From: Patescibacteria group bacterium
GTDB taxonomy: Bacteria; Patescibacteriota; Minisyncoccia; Portnoybacterales; UBA2143
Length of the DNA stretch: 64,000 nt
Reading direction: 5' to 3'
Assembly: GCA_018830295.1 (NCBI GenBank)
Contig: JAHJSM010000001.1
Coordinates: forward strand, 1,980 to 65,979
The notes beneath the pieces are model-generated. The model saw only the letters and a list, made by a program, of their open reading frames with translations, searched no databases and had not been told where the DNA came from. Position 1 is the stretch's first letter. Each line of letters begins with the position of its first letter. Shown here piece after piece: positions 36,874 to 45,980 of the stretch. The position numbers and the translations under genes are program-made.

Positions 36874-37120
36874 ATTATTATTTATTTATTAATTTATTAT
36901 TTCTTCTTCAAGACCTTTTCAATTTCTTCAACCACTTGCGAAGGCGTCACATTGGACTTTAAGCCAATTCCTTTGAATTATAATAACATAATTAATAAAA
37001 TATACAAAACACTCTCCAAAAAAATGGCTGGTGTTGTTGTGAAAAATAATCTGGAAAGCGTAAAAAATTTGGAAATAAAAAGGACAGAGTTTATTAGACC
37101 TCTGCCCTTTTTGTTAAGAG

Positions 37121-37747
37121 TTAAAAGTTTATTTTAATTAGTGCTGTACAAAAACCGCCGCTTGTTTCCCAATCGCGATTGGTAAACATTTCAATATCTC
37201 CGCCATAACGATATCCTCCGCTAATACCAAGCACAATTTTAGAAACAACAGGAATGCTTGCCCCTACTTTAACATACCCACCCCAAGCGCCACCACTGTC
37301 CGATTCGGTGGATTCCGGATCTGAAACCTTAATATCAACAAGGCATAGGTACCCTCCTAACCCGGCATTTAAGGTAATTTTCTCCGCGATTTTATAAGAA
37401 AAAACAGGTCCCAAGGAAATATAATCCACGTCTACATCGGCCACCTCTTGATTTTCAGCAAGTAGATCAAGATCTGATTCGTCAAGCCTGAATCCAGACC
37501 AAGACGCTTCAATTCCGATACTATCAGTAATTTTAACTCCCATTCCTACATTAAGGCCTAGTTTGCCGTCAATATTAATATCAGATTTGTCATCAACCTT
37601 TAAGCTTCCGAAAAACATATATTCCGGACCGGCAAAGATGGTGACTCTTCCAAAATCTTCCTCGGCTCTTTCTTCTGCCAATGAGATTGGAACCGCAAAA
37701 CAAACTACCATAAACAACGCAAATACTAAAACTATAATCCTTTTCAT
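37121..37747 (-). CDS. Outer-membrane-type beta-barrel protein (OmpA-like porin family, PF13505-like)
   Basis: Signal peptide, alternating hydrophobic beta-strand pattern, Gly/aromatic-rich, and a C-terminal ...LIKINF ending in Phe. Confidence 0.6.
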   Translation of the reverse strand: MKRIIVLVFALFMVVCFAVPISLAEERAEEDFGRVTIFAGPEYMFFGSLKVDDKSDINIDGKLGLNVGMGVKITDSIGIEASWSGFRLDESDLDLLAENQEVADVDVDYISLGPVFSYKIAEKITLNAGLGGYLCLVDIKVSDPESTESDSGGAWGGYVKVGASIPVVSKIVLGISGGYRYGGDIEMFTNRDWETSGGFCTALIKINF

Positions 37748-38000
37748 AACAATGCCCTCCTTACAAGCATAATACTATTATTAATAAAAATAAAAAATCT
37801 GAACAAATTGTCTACCTCCTTTCATTTGCTTAAATTATTTCGTTAACAATAGCGAAAAATTTTAAAAGATCAGAAATTATAACAAAAAAAACATTAATCC
37901 AATGAATTCTTGTTTAATTTTGAATAAACACTATATTATAACTTAAATCTTGTCAAGTTTATTTAGTAATACGCAAAAACTTATGGCAGTTTTTCAAAAA

Positions 38001-39437
38001 CTACTCTACAATTTCCAACAATCTAATTTTACACCTCTCCGCCATGTCTTCAATGATAATTCCCTCTTTTAGTAAATCCCCCCTGATTTTATCCGCCTCC
38101 GCGTAATTTTTTTCTTTTCTCGCTTTCCCTCTATTTGAAATCATCGTTTGAACCGTTTTAGTCGCCAATATTTTAGTCAGCCGCTCCTGATAATTTTCAA
38201 AAAGCGGTTTGATAAATCCGAAAACTTGGTCAATTTCAAAAATATATTTTTCTATCTCCCGCGCTTGGCTAGATGATATTCGCGGCATTATTTTATAAAC
38301 CTCTTCTATAAAATCAAAGAGAGCCGCCAGAGCTAAACTAATATTTAAATCACTATCCATCGCTTTTTTAAATTCTTCCCTATTTCGCGATATTGTATTT
38401 TTAATATCTAAATTATTACTCCCGCCGTTAGTAATAAAAGAAAGCTCCGCCAAAAAACTCAAAAACTTTTCCGCAATTATTTTCGCTTCCTTAAAATCAT
38501 CAAAAGAAAAATCCAGAATCTTGCGGTAATGCGTTTTTAATAAAACCAATCTTAATAAAAGCGGATTGCATCCCTTCTCTTGAATGTCGCGCAGAGTGTA
38601 AAAATTCCCGAGCGACTTGCTCATTTTTTTGCCATTCACAAGCAAATGCTCGTTATGCGCCCAGTAATTGACGAATTTTTTTTCCGTCGCCGCTTCCGAT
38701 TGGGCGATTTCGTTCGTGTGGTGCGGAAAAACCAAATCCGCCCCGCCCGTGTGAATATCAAACCGTTCTCCTAAATATTTCATTGACATTGCCGAACATT
38801 CAATATGCCAGCCCGGCCGTCCTTTTCCAAGTTCCGTCTCCCAAAAAACATCCCCGTCCTCCTTCTGCCACGCCTTCCATAAAACAAAATCATTCGCTTC
38901 TTCTTTTTCATATTCGTCGCTAATATTTAGCCGCCCGCTAGCATTCTTTTTTAATGTTCTTTTTTCTAATCGCGCCAATTCGCCGTATTTTTTAAATTTC
39001 GAAATATCAAAATAGATTGAACCGCCTGACTCGTAGGCAGAGCCATTTTTAAGTAATTTTTGAACCAAAGCGACCATTTCGGAAATATGCTCCGTCGCCT
39101 TGGGCAGAACATTCGGCATTTCCACATTCAACGCCTCCATGTCTTTAATAAATTCTTTTGTGTAAAATTCAGTAAATTCTTTAAGCGTCTGGCCTTTTTT
39201 TTGGCTATCTCTAATCGTCTTATCGTCAATATCTGTAATATTCATCACCTGCTCAACCTCAAAACCGCTGAACGCCAAATACCGCCTCAAAAGGTCGGCA
39301 AAAACATACGCTCTCAAATTTCCGATATGGGCGAAATCATAAACAGTCGGTCCGCAAGAATACATCCCGACCTTGCCTTTTTTAATCGGCTTAAAAACCT
39401 CGCTTTTCCTCGTTAGGGTATTAAACAATCTCAACAT
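38001..39437 (-). CDS. cysS: Cysteine--tRNA ligase
   Basis: HIGN (HIGH-type) and KMSKSLGN motifs; 478 aa. Confidence 0.95.
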   Translation of the reverse strand: MLRLFNTLTRKSEVFKPIKKGKVGMYSCGPTVYDFAHIGNLRAYVFADLLRRYLAFSGFEVEQVMNITDIDDKTIRDSQKKGQTLKEFTEFYTKEFIKDMEALNVEMPNVLPKATEHISEMVALVQKLLKNGSAYESGGSIYFDISKFKKYGELARLEKRTLKKNASGRLNISDEYEKEEANDFVLWKAWQKEDGDVFWETELGKGRPGWHIECSAMSMKYLGERFDIHTGGADLVFPHHTNEIAQSEAATEKKFVNYWAHNEHLLVNGKKMSKSLGNFYTLRDIQEKGCNPLLLRLVLLKTHYRKILDFSFDDFKEAKIIAEKFLSFLAELSFITNGGSNNLDIKNTISRNREEFKKAMDSDLNISLALAALFDFIEEVYKIMPRISSSQAREIEKYIFEIDQVFGFIKPLFENYQERLTKILATKTVQTMISNRGKARKEKNYAEADKIRGDLLKEGIIIEDMAERCKIRLLEIVE

Positions 39438-39508
39438 ATTTTTATTCTATCATACAAACAAAAACCGCGAAAGTTAAAAGCGGCCTTTTGGACCGCTTTG
39501 TTGTGTTA

Positions 39509-39757
39509 TTATAGTGGAAGCCCTCCGCCGCCAGGCTCAAGTTCTTTTCCGCATTTTGGGCATTTTCCGGGACGGTTAACTACCACTCTCTGGTTATGAT
39601 CATGACCGCTGATATTGTAACAAAAATGCCATTTAGAATTAATCGGCGCGAGATAACGCCCTTCCTCGCAAACCCCTTGATTGCGATTGTCCATATAATC
39701 ATTTACTATCACGCTTCTTTCCTCTTCGCCATGTTCTGTGTCAAGCATATCGACCAT
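39509..39757 (-). CDS. Small hypothetical protein with a CPKCG motif
   Basis: 82-aa ORF; weak. Confidence 0.35.
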   Translation of the reverse strand: MVDMLDTEHGEEERSVIVNDYMDNRNQGVCEEGRYLAPINSKWHFCYNISGHDHNQRVVVNRPGKCPKCGKELEPGGGGLPL

Positions 39758-39793
39758 AAATACCCCTTTTTTCTCCCTAAAATTGTTAAAAAA

Positions 39794-40954
39794 CTATATC
39801 CTCTTATCTTTTTTAATATCCTGCCTTATTTTCTCCATAAAATCAAACATAAAACGCAAATTATGAATTGTCGCCAGGCGCGCCGCGAGTATTTCTTTTG
39901 CTCTGAAAAGATGATGTAAATAGGCGCGAGTGAAATTTTGACAAGTATAACACTGGCAATTTTTCATAATTGGTTTTTTATCTATTTTATAAGTTGTTTT
40001 AAAAATATCCAATTTGCCTCGCTCAGTCAATAGCGTCCCATGCCTCGCCAGTCGCGTCGGCTCAACGCAGTCAAAAAGGTCAATTCCTCTTTTAACCGCT
40101 TCTCTAACATCTTCTAAATACCCAATACCTAATAAATGGCGCAGCTTGTTTTCGGGAAGATAGGGAATAATCCAATCAAGCGCCTTTTTCATCTCGCCTT
40201 TCCCAAACGAACCTCCTATTCCAAATCCATCAAAAGGCATTTCGCCGATAAAGCGCGCGCTTTCTTTTCTTAAATCCTCAAAAAGACCGCCTTGAACAAT
40301 GCCAAAAAGAAATTGATTATCTTTATTTTTCGCCTTTAAACATCTTTCTGCCCAGCGATGCGTCCGTCCCATCGCCTTTTTTGTGTAATCATAATCTGCC
40401 AAAGGAGAAGAACATTCATCAAAAGCGAAAATAATATCAGCGCCTAAGTCCTCTTGAATCTTGATTGAAATTTCTGGCGTAAAGCGATGCGCGGAACCGT
40501 CCAAATGAGAGGTAAAATCAACCCCCTCCTCATCAATCTTGACTAATGAAGCATGGGAGGAATGGGGACAGTCCCCAATTTTTGGGGACTGTCCCCATTC
40601 CTTTTCCCCCTCTTTCAAAATCTTACCAACCTTATCTTGAATCGCCATCCCTAAACTAAAAACCTGAAAACCGCCACTATCAGTCGCCGTCACTCCTTGC
40701 CAATTCATAAATTTATGCAGCCCGCCCATCTTCTTTACAATTTTATTCCCCGGCTGAAGATACAAATGATAAGCGTTAGCCAAAACGCCCTCAAAACCAA
40801 TTTTTTTAATATCTTCCGGGGTTAATCCTTTAACCGACGCCTTAGTCGCCACGGGAAAAAACGCCGGCGTTCTCATTACCCCGTTAGCGGTTTTAATCAC
40901 TCCCAACCGCGCCTGCGATTTTGAATGTTTTTTTGTAATTTTGAAAAATGACAT
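39794..40954 (-). CDS. tgt: Queuine tRNA-ribosyltransferase. The likely start is M17 (MSFFKIT...); the tracked N-terminus MGAAPVAGAAP is repeat-derived. The gene carries an in-frame 33-nt palindromic insertion
   Basis: DSGGFQV, FDEC and CxCxxC...H zinc site motifs, collinear with E. coli Tgt. Confidence 0.9.
   Translation of the reverse strand: MSFFKITKKHSKSQARLGVIKTANGVMRTPAFFPVATKASVKGLTPEDIKKIGFEGVLANAYHLYLQPGNKIVKKMGGLHKFMNWQGVTATDSGGFQVFSLGMAIQDKVGKILKEGEKEWGQSPKIGDCPHSSHASLVKIDEEGVDFTSHLDGSAHRFTPEISIKIQEDLGADIIFAFDECSSPLADYDYTKKAMGRTHRWAERCLKAKNKDNQFLFGIVQGGLFEDLRKESARFIGEMPFDGFGIGGSFGKGEMKKALDWIIPYLPENKLRHLLGIGYLEDVREAVKRGIDLFDCVEPTRLARHGTLLTERGKLDIFKTTYKIDKKPIMKNCQCYTCQNFTRAYLHHLFRAKEILAARLATIHNLRFMFDFMEKIRQDIKKDKRI
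40564..40596. repeat. Family-B palindrome GGGGACAGTCCCC-AATTTTT-GGGGACTGTCCCC lying inside the tgt coding sequence (33 nt, in frame)
   Basis: Read directly. It translates as ...EWGQSPKIGDCPH... within a region that is about 27 aa longer than in E. coli Tgt. Confidence 0.9.
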
Positions 40955-40969
40955 AAATTTATGCTTGTT

Positions 40970-41000
40970 GGGGGCTGCCCCCGCAACGGGGGCAGCCCCC
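40970..41000. repeat. Family-A palindrome (GCAAC spacer)
   Basis: Exact copy, in the tgt / SpoU methyltransferase spacer. Confidence 0.95.
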
Positions 41001-41006
41001 AACTCT

Positions 41007-41462
41007 TTATTCTCTTATTTTATATCCCGCCACTCCAAACGCGACTACCACATTAAGCGACTCTTTCTTCCCCGCCATCGGCAAATGAATAATCTTATCT
41101 GATTTTTTCAAAACCGAAAGCGAGACGCCTTTAACTTCATTTCCAATCACCAAAGCCATCGGAAATTTCGGCTTGAATTTATTATAAGCGACGCTATTTT
41201 TCGTCTGCTCTAAAGCGACGATAAAAACGCCTTCTTTCTTAAGTTTGTCAATGACTCGCCATATTTGCGAATGATATTCCCACGGAATATTTTTTTCCGC
41301 GCCTAAAGCGGTCTTTGAAATTTTATCTCGCGGCGGCTTTCCGCAAATCCCGCATAAAAAAATTTTATCAACGCCCAAAGCATCGGCTGTCCTAAAGACC
41401 GAACCGATATTCTCCAAACTGCGAATATTATCGCAAACAACATAAAATTTATTTTTTCCCAT
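41007..41462 (-). CDS. SpoU/TrmH-family RNA 2'-O-methyltransferase. The likely start is M18; the tracked N-terminus is repeat-derived
   Basis: NIGSVFRTADALG and the C-terminal SPOUT knot motifs (LVIGNE, LNVVVA). Confidence 0.8.
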   Translation of the reverse strand: MGKNKFYVVCDNIRSLENIGSVFRTADALGVDKIFLCGICGKPPRDKISKTALGAEKNIPWEYHSQIWRVIDKLKKEGVFIVALEQTKNSVAYNKFKPKFPMALVIGNEVKGVSLSVLKKSDKIIHLPMAGKKESLNVVVAFGVAGYKIRE

Positions 41463-41476
41463 ATCGTCCTGAGTTT

Positions 41477-41507
41477 GGGGGCTGCCCCCGCAGCGGGGGC
41501 AGCCCCC
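41477..41507. repeat. Family-A palindrome (GCAGC spacer)
   Basis: GGGGGCTGCCCCCGCAGCGGGGGCAGCCCCC. Confidence 0.95.
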
Positions 41508-41557
41508 AAACAAATCAAAGTTAAAGGGCTGTCGGCATTTCCAACAACCCTTTTTTG

Positions 41558-41941
41558 TTATAAATCATACTTTAAAACCCCATCGTGATGCGCCTGCGCT
41601 CCCCTCGCTCCACTTAACATTCCACGCGTCACAACCGACTTCCCGCGAACCGGCTTTTCTTTTTGAGCGACAACCTTAAGATGTCTGCCTAAAATCTCGT
41701 CTTTAACTTCTATCCCCAATTCGCCAATAATTTCCAGAAAAACCTCCTCTTCTCTTTTGTATCCGTAGATAAGAGACTTAGAGGTGTTAATTTCCCCGCC
41801 AGCATCCTTAAATGCTAGCACGCATCTTGAAAAAAAAGCGCGGGGACGGGTTGATTGATATCTCCCTGTTTTGATAATTTGCTTAACGATATTTTTGAGT
41901 AAAACTCTGCCCTTCTCTGAAAAAATAGTCATTTTCTCCAT
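41558..41941 (-). CDS. Hypothetical protein (127 aa)
   Basis: Intact ORF. A weak LAF.D.GGE resemblance to LAGLIDADG was not judged convincing. Confidence 0.45.
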   Translation of the reverse strand: MEKMTIFSEKGRVLLKNIVKQIIKTGRYQSTRPRAFFSRCVLAFKDAGGEINTSKSLIYGYKREEEVFLEIIGELGIEVKDEILGRHLKVVAQKEKPVRGKSVVTRGMLSGARGAQAHHDGVLKYDL

Positions 41942-42035
41942 ACTCCCCCCCTTTTTTTAAAAGTTAAAGGTTAAAGAAATTTAAAGAACCAAACTTGGCT
42001 AGATTATAACAAAATGTTTTCTATTTGTCAAGCCC

Positions 42036-43067
42036 TTATTCCCACAGTTTTTTTGCCTCGGCCCAGATCGCGTTGTTCCCCTGTTCCTTTTTTTGGTACC
42101 ACCATTCAACACCCCACAAATAAAATTCATCGAGACCAGTCTGACGCGCGTATTCAATTACATCTTTAAATTTTTCTAAATCCATTGACTTTGCCTGTTC
42201 CTCTGCGCTTGTTTCTTGAATTGAGGTTTGACTCCACGGCTCGGCTTGAAGTTCAATCACAATCACTCTTTCTATTTCTGTAAAAAACCTTACGAAATCA
42301 GCCCTTTTTTTATAAAAAACAGGCGGAATAGGATACTCAACTCGTCCAAATGTATCGCTCCAAACATTACGATAAAGAGTCGTTCCTAAAACATCGCCTC
42401 GCAAAGCAGGTTGAATCCAACTACTCAATTCCCCACTGGCTGTCATAATAATTGTTTTTCCAGAGATATTCAATTCCCGAACCAAAGCAACTTCTTTATC
42501 TAAAAATTGCTTATCCAACGGCGGACATTCGCCAAATCCTCTTAAAAATGGTTCGTTTTCAACTTGCCATGCCTTAATGGTTTCGCTCTCGCTATAATGA
42601 TTAACAATTTCCTCCAACATCAACAAAATTCGCTCCTGTTGTTCAGAGACCATCAAATTATCCGCCCATTCTGGAGAATGACATTCTGGCCATCTGGGTA
42701 CTTTTCGCCCGACGACTAAAATAACATCTGCGTCCCTTTCTTCCGCTCGCGCAATCTGCCAATCCAAATCATCAAAAAAATATTCCCCTTGGCTTGGTTC
42801 TATCTTGTCCCAATAGGCGACCAAGCGAAGTTTTTTTACGCCCAATCCGTCCAAGATATCCAAATAAGCCGCCTGCCAATCAAGCCCCATTTCCTCGGCA
42901 AACTTTTGACTGAAGGTGACGCCAAAGACGGCATTCTCGGCGGGAACAGCTTCCCCCGTGAACAGATAAACAAAAACGCCCGCCAAAAGAATAACAATTA
43001 AAAGAATTGTTATAAGCAAAATGCGGAGCGGATTAAAAATATCTTTAAATAATTTTCGTTCTTCCAT
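42036..43067 (-). CDS. Membrane-anchored glycoside hydrolase, clan GH-A (GH5-like TIM barrel)
   Basis: N-terminal TM helix and the VENEP catalytic acid/base motif. Confidence 0.65.
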   Translation of the reverse strand: MEERKLFKDIFNPLRILLITILLIVILLAGVFVYLFTGEAVPAENAVFGVTFSQKFAEEMGLDWQAAYLDILDGLGVKKLRLVAYWDKIEPSQGEYFFDDLDWQIARAEERDADVILVVGRKVPRWPECHSPEWADNLMVSEQQERILLMLEEIVNHYSESETIKAWQVENEPFLRGFGECPPLDKQFLDKEVALVRELNISGKTIIMTASGELSSWIQPALRGDVLGTTLYRNVWSDTFGRVEYPIPPVFYKKRADFVRFFTEIERVIVIELQAEPWSQTSIQETSAEEQAKSMDLEKFKDVIEYARQTGLDEFYLWGVEWWYQKKEQGNNAIWAEAKKLWE

Positions 43068-43071
43068 AAAA

Positions 43072-43968
43072 CTACAACGCTAAAATTCCCAAACCGAAAA
43101 CAATAAATAAAATCGCCGTTAATTTTTGTAAAATAATTTTATAATTAACCCTCTCCTGAATAATTTTCGGAAATTTTTTGGAAAGAAATAAAACAATAAT
43201 TAAAAGAAAAACATATTGAACCCCCTGCAAAGCGTTCACTATCGAAACGCTCCCTAAATAAATGGCATAATTAAGCAAAACAAACGCGCAAGCGGAAAGA
43301 ATTTTATTGGAAATAAACAACCCGCCTATTCCTATTTTAACAGATTTTGATGTTTTGAAAATAGTCGTGCGCGCGGAGGGAATTAAGAGCAAAGAACAAG
43401 CGCCTAAAACGCCGCCTAGCCGAACCCAAATAAAGCCGTTAATAAACGACTGCCCGTTAAAAACAAACTTGGTTAAAACAAAAGAAAGAGCGAATAAAAA
43501 CGCGGCCGAAACAGCAATTAATAAGCCCTTGGATAAAAAGGTTTGAGCGCTTTTTTGAGGCAAAAACATAATTACTCCTCCAAAAACAAGAAAGCAAAAA
43601 GATATTAACTGGTGAGACGCCAATCGTTCGTTTAGAAAAAAATATGTTAAAAATAGCGTAAAAATAGGAACCAATCCGCCCACAATCGGAGCGACAACCG
43701 ACACCTCGTTCGTTTGAATAGTCCGATAAAAAAACAAAATCGCGAAGACAAAAGCGATTCCCGCGGCAAAACCACCGACCATTTGCCAAAAGGACATTAA
43801 AGAAAAACCGAACGGGATCAAAAACAAAGAAGCCGCCCCGCCCAAAAGCCCGACAAAAAAAGCGGCGGCCGCTGGTCGCAAAACCGTCTTTGAAAGCAAA
43901 AATTTATCAACTGTAAAAACAACAGCCAATAAAAAATGCGCGATGATAGCAATAAATAACCAGTCCAT
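43072..43968 (-). CDS. Polytopic membrane protein (EamA/DMT-like, about 10 TM helices). The likely start is M15
   Basis: Hydrophobic helices throughout. The tracked start overlaps the GH1 gene; M15 gives a 4-nt spacing. Confidence 0.6.
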   Translation of the reverse strand: MDWLFIAIIAHFLLAVVFTVDKFLLSKTVLRPAAAAFFVGLLGGAASLFLIPFGFSLMSFWQMVGGFAAGIAFVFAILFFYRTIQTNEVSVVAPIVGGLVPIFTLFLTYFFLNERLASHQLISFCFLVFGGVIMFLPQKSAQTFLSKGLLIAVSAAFLFALSFVLTKFVFNGQSFINGFIWVRLGGVLGACSLLLIPSARTTIFKTSKSVKIGIGGLFISNKILSACAFVLLNYAIYLGSVSIVNALQGVQYVFLLIIVLFLSKKFPKIIQERVNYKIILQKLTAILFIVFGLGILAL

Positions 43969-43972
43969 AAAA

Positions 43973-45103
43973 TTACATCTCCAGCTCATTCCGCCCGCAA
44001 ATCTCCGCATAAACGCGCGCGCTTCGCCTGACCCGTCTCTCCATTGTTTTGTAATCCACCTCCACTAATCCAAATCTCGGCCAAAAACCTTTATCCCACT
44101 CAAAATTATCAATCAGCGACCAGTGTAAATATCCCTTCACATTTACTCCATTCTTAATCGCTTTGTGAATCCAAAATAAATGCTCTTTAATAAATTTTTC
44201 TCTCCTTTTGTCTTGAGCGTCGGCTAATCCGTTTTCGGTAATATAAATCGGCTTTTCGTATTTTTCCAAATCCTTGAGAACATAATAAATGCCTTTTGGA
44301 TAAATTTCCCAACCCATATCAGTAAGTTCTTTGTTTTTGTTTTGGTTAAACCTGAACCACTTATAATAGTTAAGACCGATAAAATCCTGCTTCTCTTTAA
44401 TTTTATTCAGAAAATATTTATTCCAAAAATAATCAGCGAACTTTGCCAACAATCCGCCCTCAAAATAGATATTGTTTTTAGCGACGCCCACTTGGCAATC
44501 CAAGTCAATCAAATGCAAGGAACGATAAGCCAAGTGATGCGCTTTGGCTAAATTATTCAAAACCTTAAAATATTTAAAAATATTTTTATTCTGCGGCGTC
44601 CATTTTCCTGTCAAAAAAGATTGCGCCGTGTAAATATTCGGCTCGTTCAAAGTAATCCAAAAATCAACCAAATCAAATAAATTCTCGCTAATAATTTTTA
44701 CAAATCTATCAAAATAATAAGGCGCCTTTGGATTAAGCCACCCGCCTTTTTCTGCGAACCAAATAGGCAAGGTCCAATGATTAAGCGTGACAAATGGTTC
44801 TATTCCTCTTTTTTTCAAAGCCAAAAGAACTTGGCGGTAATGTTCAATTTCTCCCTTATTAATCATCCCTTCCTTCGGCTCAATCCGCGACCACTCAATT
44901 GAAAAACGATGCGCATTATGATTAAGCGATTTGGCAAGAGCAAAATCCTCCTCAAATCTCTGATAATGCTCGCAAGCCCGGCCAGCATCCCCTTTCTCCC
45001 ACTCCGACCAATTATTAACATTCCCGCCCTCAACCTGATGAGCGGCCGTCCCCGCCCCCCACAAAAACCCGTCTGGAAATTTATATGTTTTAATTTTAGA
45101 CAT
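43973..45103 (-). CDS. GH1-family beta-glucosidase. The likely start is M25 (MSKIKTYKFPDGFLWG...)
   Basis: FLWGAGTAAHQVEG N-terminal signature, TLNEP acid/base motif and ITENG nucleophile motif. Confidence 0.85.
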   Translation of the reverse strand: MSKIKTYKFPDGFLWGAGTAAHQVEGGNVNNWSEWEKGDAGRACEHYQRFEEDFALAKSLNHNAHRFSIEWSRIEPKEGMINKGEIEHYRQVLLALKKRGIEPFVTLNHWTLPIWFAEKGGWLNPKAPYYFDRFVKIISENLFDLVDFWITLNEPNIYTAQSFLTGKWTPQNKNIFKYFKVLNNLAKAHHLAYRSLHLIDLDCQVGVAKNNIYFEGGLLAKFADYFWNKYFLNKIKEKQDFIGLNYYKWFRFNQNKNKELTDMGWEIYPKGIYYVLKDLEKYEKPIYITENGLADAQDKRREKFIKEHLFWIHKAIKNGVNVKGYLHWSLIDNFEWDKGFWPRFGLVEVDYKTMERRVRRSARVYAEICGRNELEM

Positions 45104-45115
45104 TTTCTTAAATTT

Positions 45116-45146
45116 GGGGGCTGCCCCCGCAACGGGGGCAGCCCCC
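45116..45146. repeat. Family-A palindrome (GCAAC spacer)
   Basis: Exact copy, between the GH1 start and the mutM stop. Confidence 0.95.
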
Positions 45147-45153
45147 AAATTTC

Positions 45154-45960
45154 TTACCTCTGACATCGCGGACAAAAATACGATGAACGACTGCCTGTTT
45201 TTACCCTTTTAATTTTTTCTCCGCAAACGCGGCAATCTTCTCCCTCACGCTGATAAACCTTCGCAAGCGGCATATACCCTCCCTTTCTCCCGTAAGCGTC
45301 AAGATAATCCCTGTCCGAACTCCCTTTCTTTTTTAAAGCAAGCGACAAAACATTTTTAATCGCCTCATAAATCGCCTTTATCTCTTTTTCTTTTAATGTC
45401 CCCGCGTTTCTATCAGGCAAAACCCCGGCAGAAAACAAAATCTCGCAAGCGTAAATATTGCCAATCCCCGCGATAAATTTTTGGTCCATCAAAAGCGTTT
45501 TAATGACCGACTTTTTCCTTTTCTCAATCCGTTCCTTAAATAAATTAAAAGAAAAACTTTTATCAAGCGGCTCGGGACCAAAATTCATTTCATCAAAAAA
45601 ATTGCCCAAATCTTTTTCCGAAATCAATTTAACAAAACCAAACTTCCGCAAGTCATTATGAAGCAAATAACTCCCGTCCGTAAAATAATAAACAATATGA
45701 CTATGCTTCCCCACCTCTCCGTTAAAAATCAGTTGCCCGCTCAATTTCAAATGAATAACTAAAAAGTTCCCACTAGACAGTTTAATCAAAAGCAACTTCG
45801 CCCGCCTCTCAACACCCTCTATTTTCGCCCCCACGACCGCCTTCTTAAATTTCCCCAAAGACGCCTTAACCATTCCTGGCAAAGAAACCAAAACCCGCTC
45901 AATCTTTTTCCCTTTGAGCGCCTGCCCCAACTGCCTCCCAATTGTCTCCACCTCCGGCAT
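45154..45960 (-). CDS. mutM: Formamidopyrimidine-DNA glycosylase
   Basis: MPEVET N-terminus (the catalytic Pro after Met) and a C-terminal CxxC...CxxC zinc finger. Confidence 0.85.
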   Translation of the reverse strand: MPEVETIGRQLGQALKGKKIERVLVSLPGMVKASLGKFKKAVVGAKIEGVERRAKLLLIKLSSGNFLVIHLKLSGQLIFNGEVGKHSHIVYYFTDGSYLLHNDLRKFGFVKLISEKDLGNFFDEMNFGPEPLDKSFSFNLFKERIEKRKKSVIKTLLMDQKFIAGIGNIYACEILFSAGVLPDRNAGTLKEKEIKAIYEAIKNVLSLALKKKGSSDRDYLDAYGRKGGYMPLAKVYQREGEDCRVCGEKIKRVKTGSRSSYFCPRCQR

Positions 45961-45980
45961 TTCCGGCATAGTAATTAATT

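Noticed and set aside
41303-41518. 71-aa minus-strand ORF (MICLGAAPAAGAAPKL...)
   Set aside because: Alternative-frame translation of the A4 palindrome, overlapping the SpoU methyltransferase gene; an artefact.
41558-41941. LAGLIDADG homing endonuclease call for the 127-aa protein
   Set aside because: Only a weak LAF.D.GGE resemblance at an atypical position; no second motif and not in an intron or intein context.
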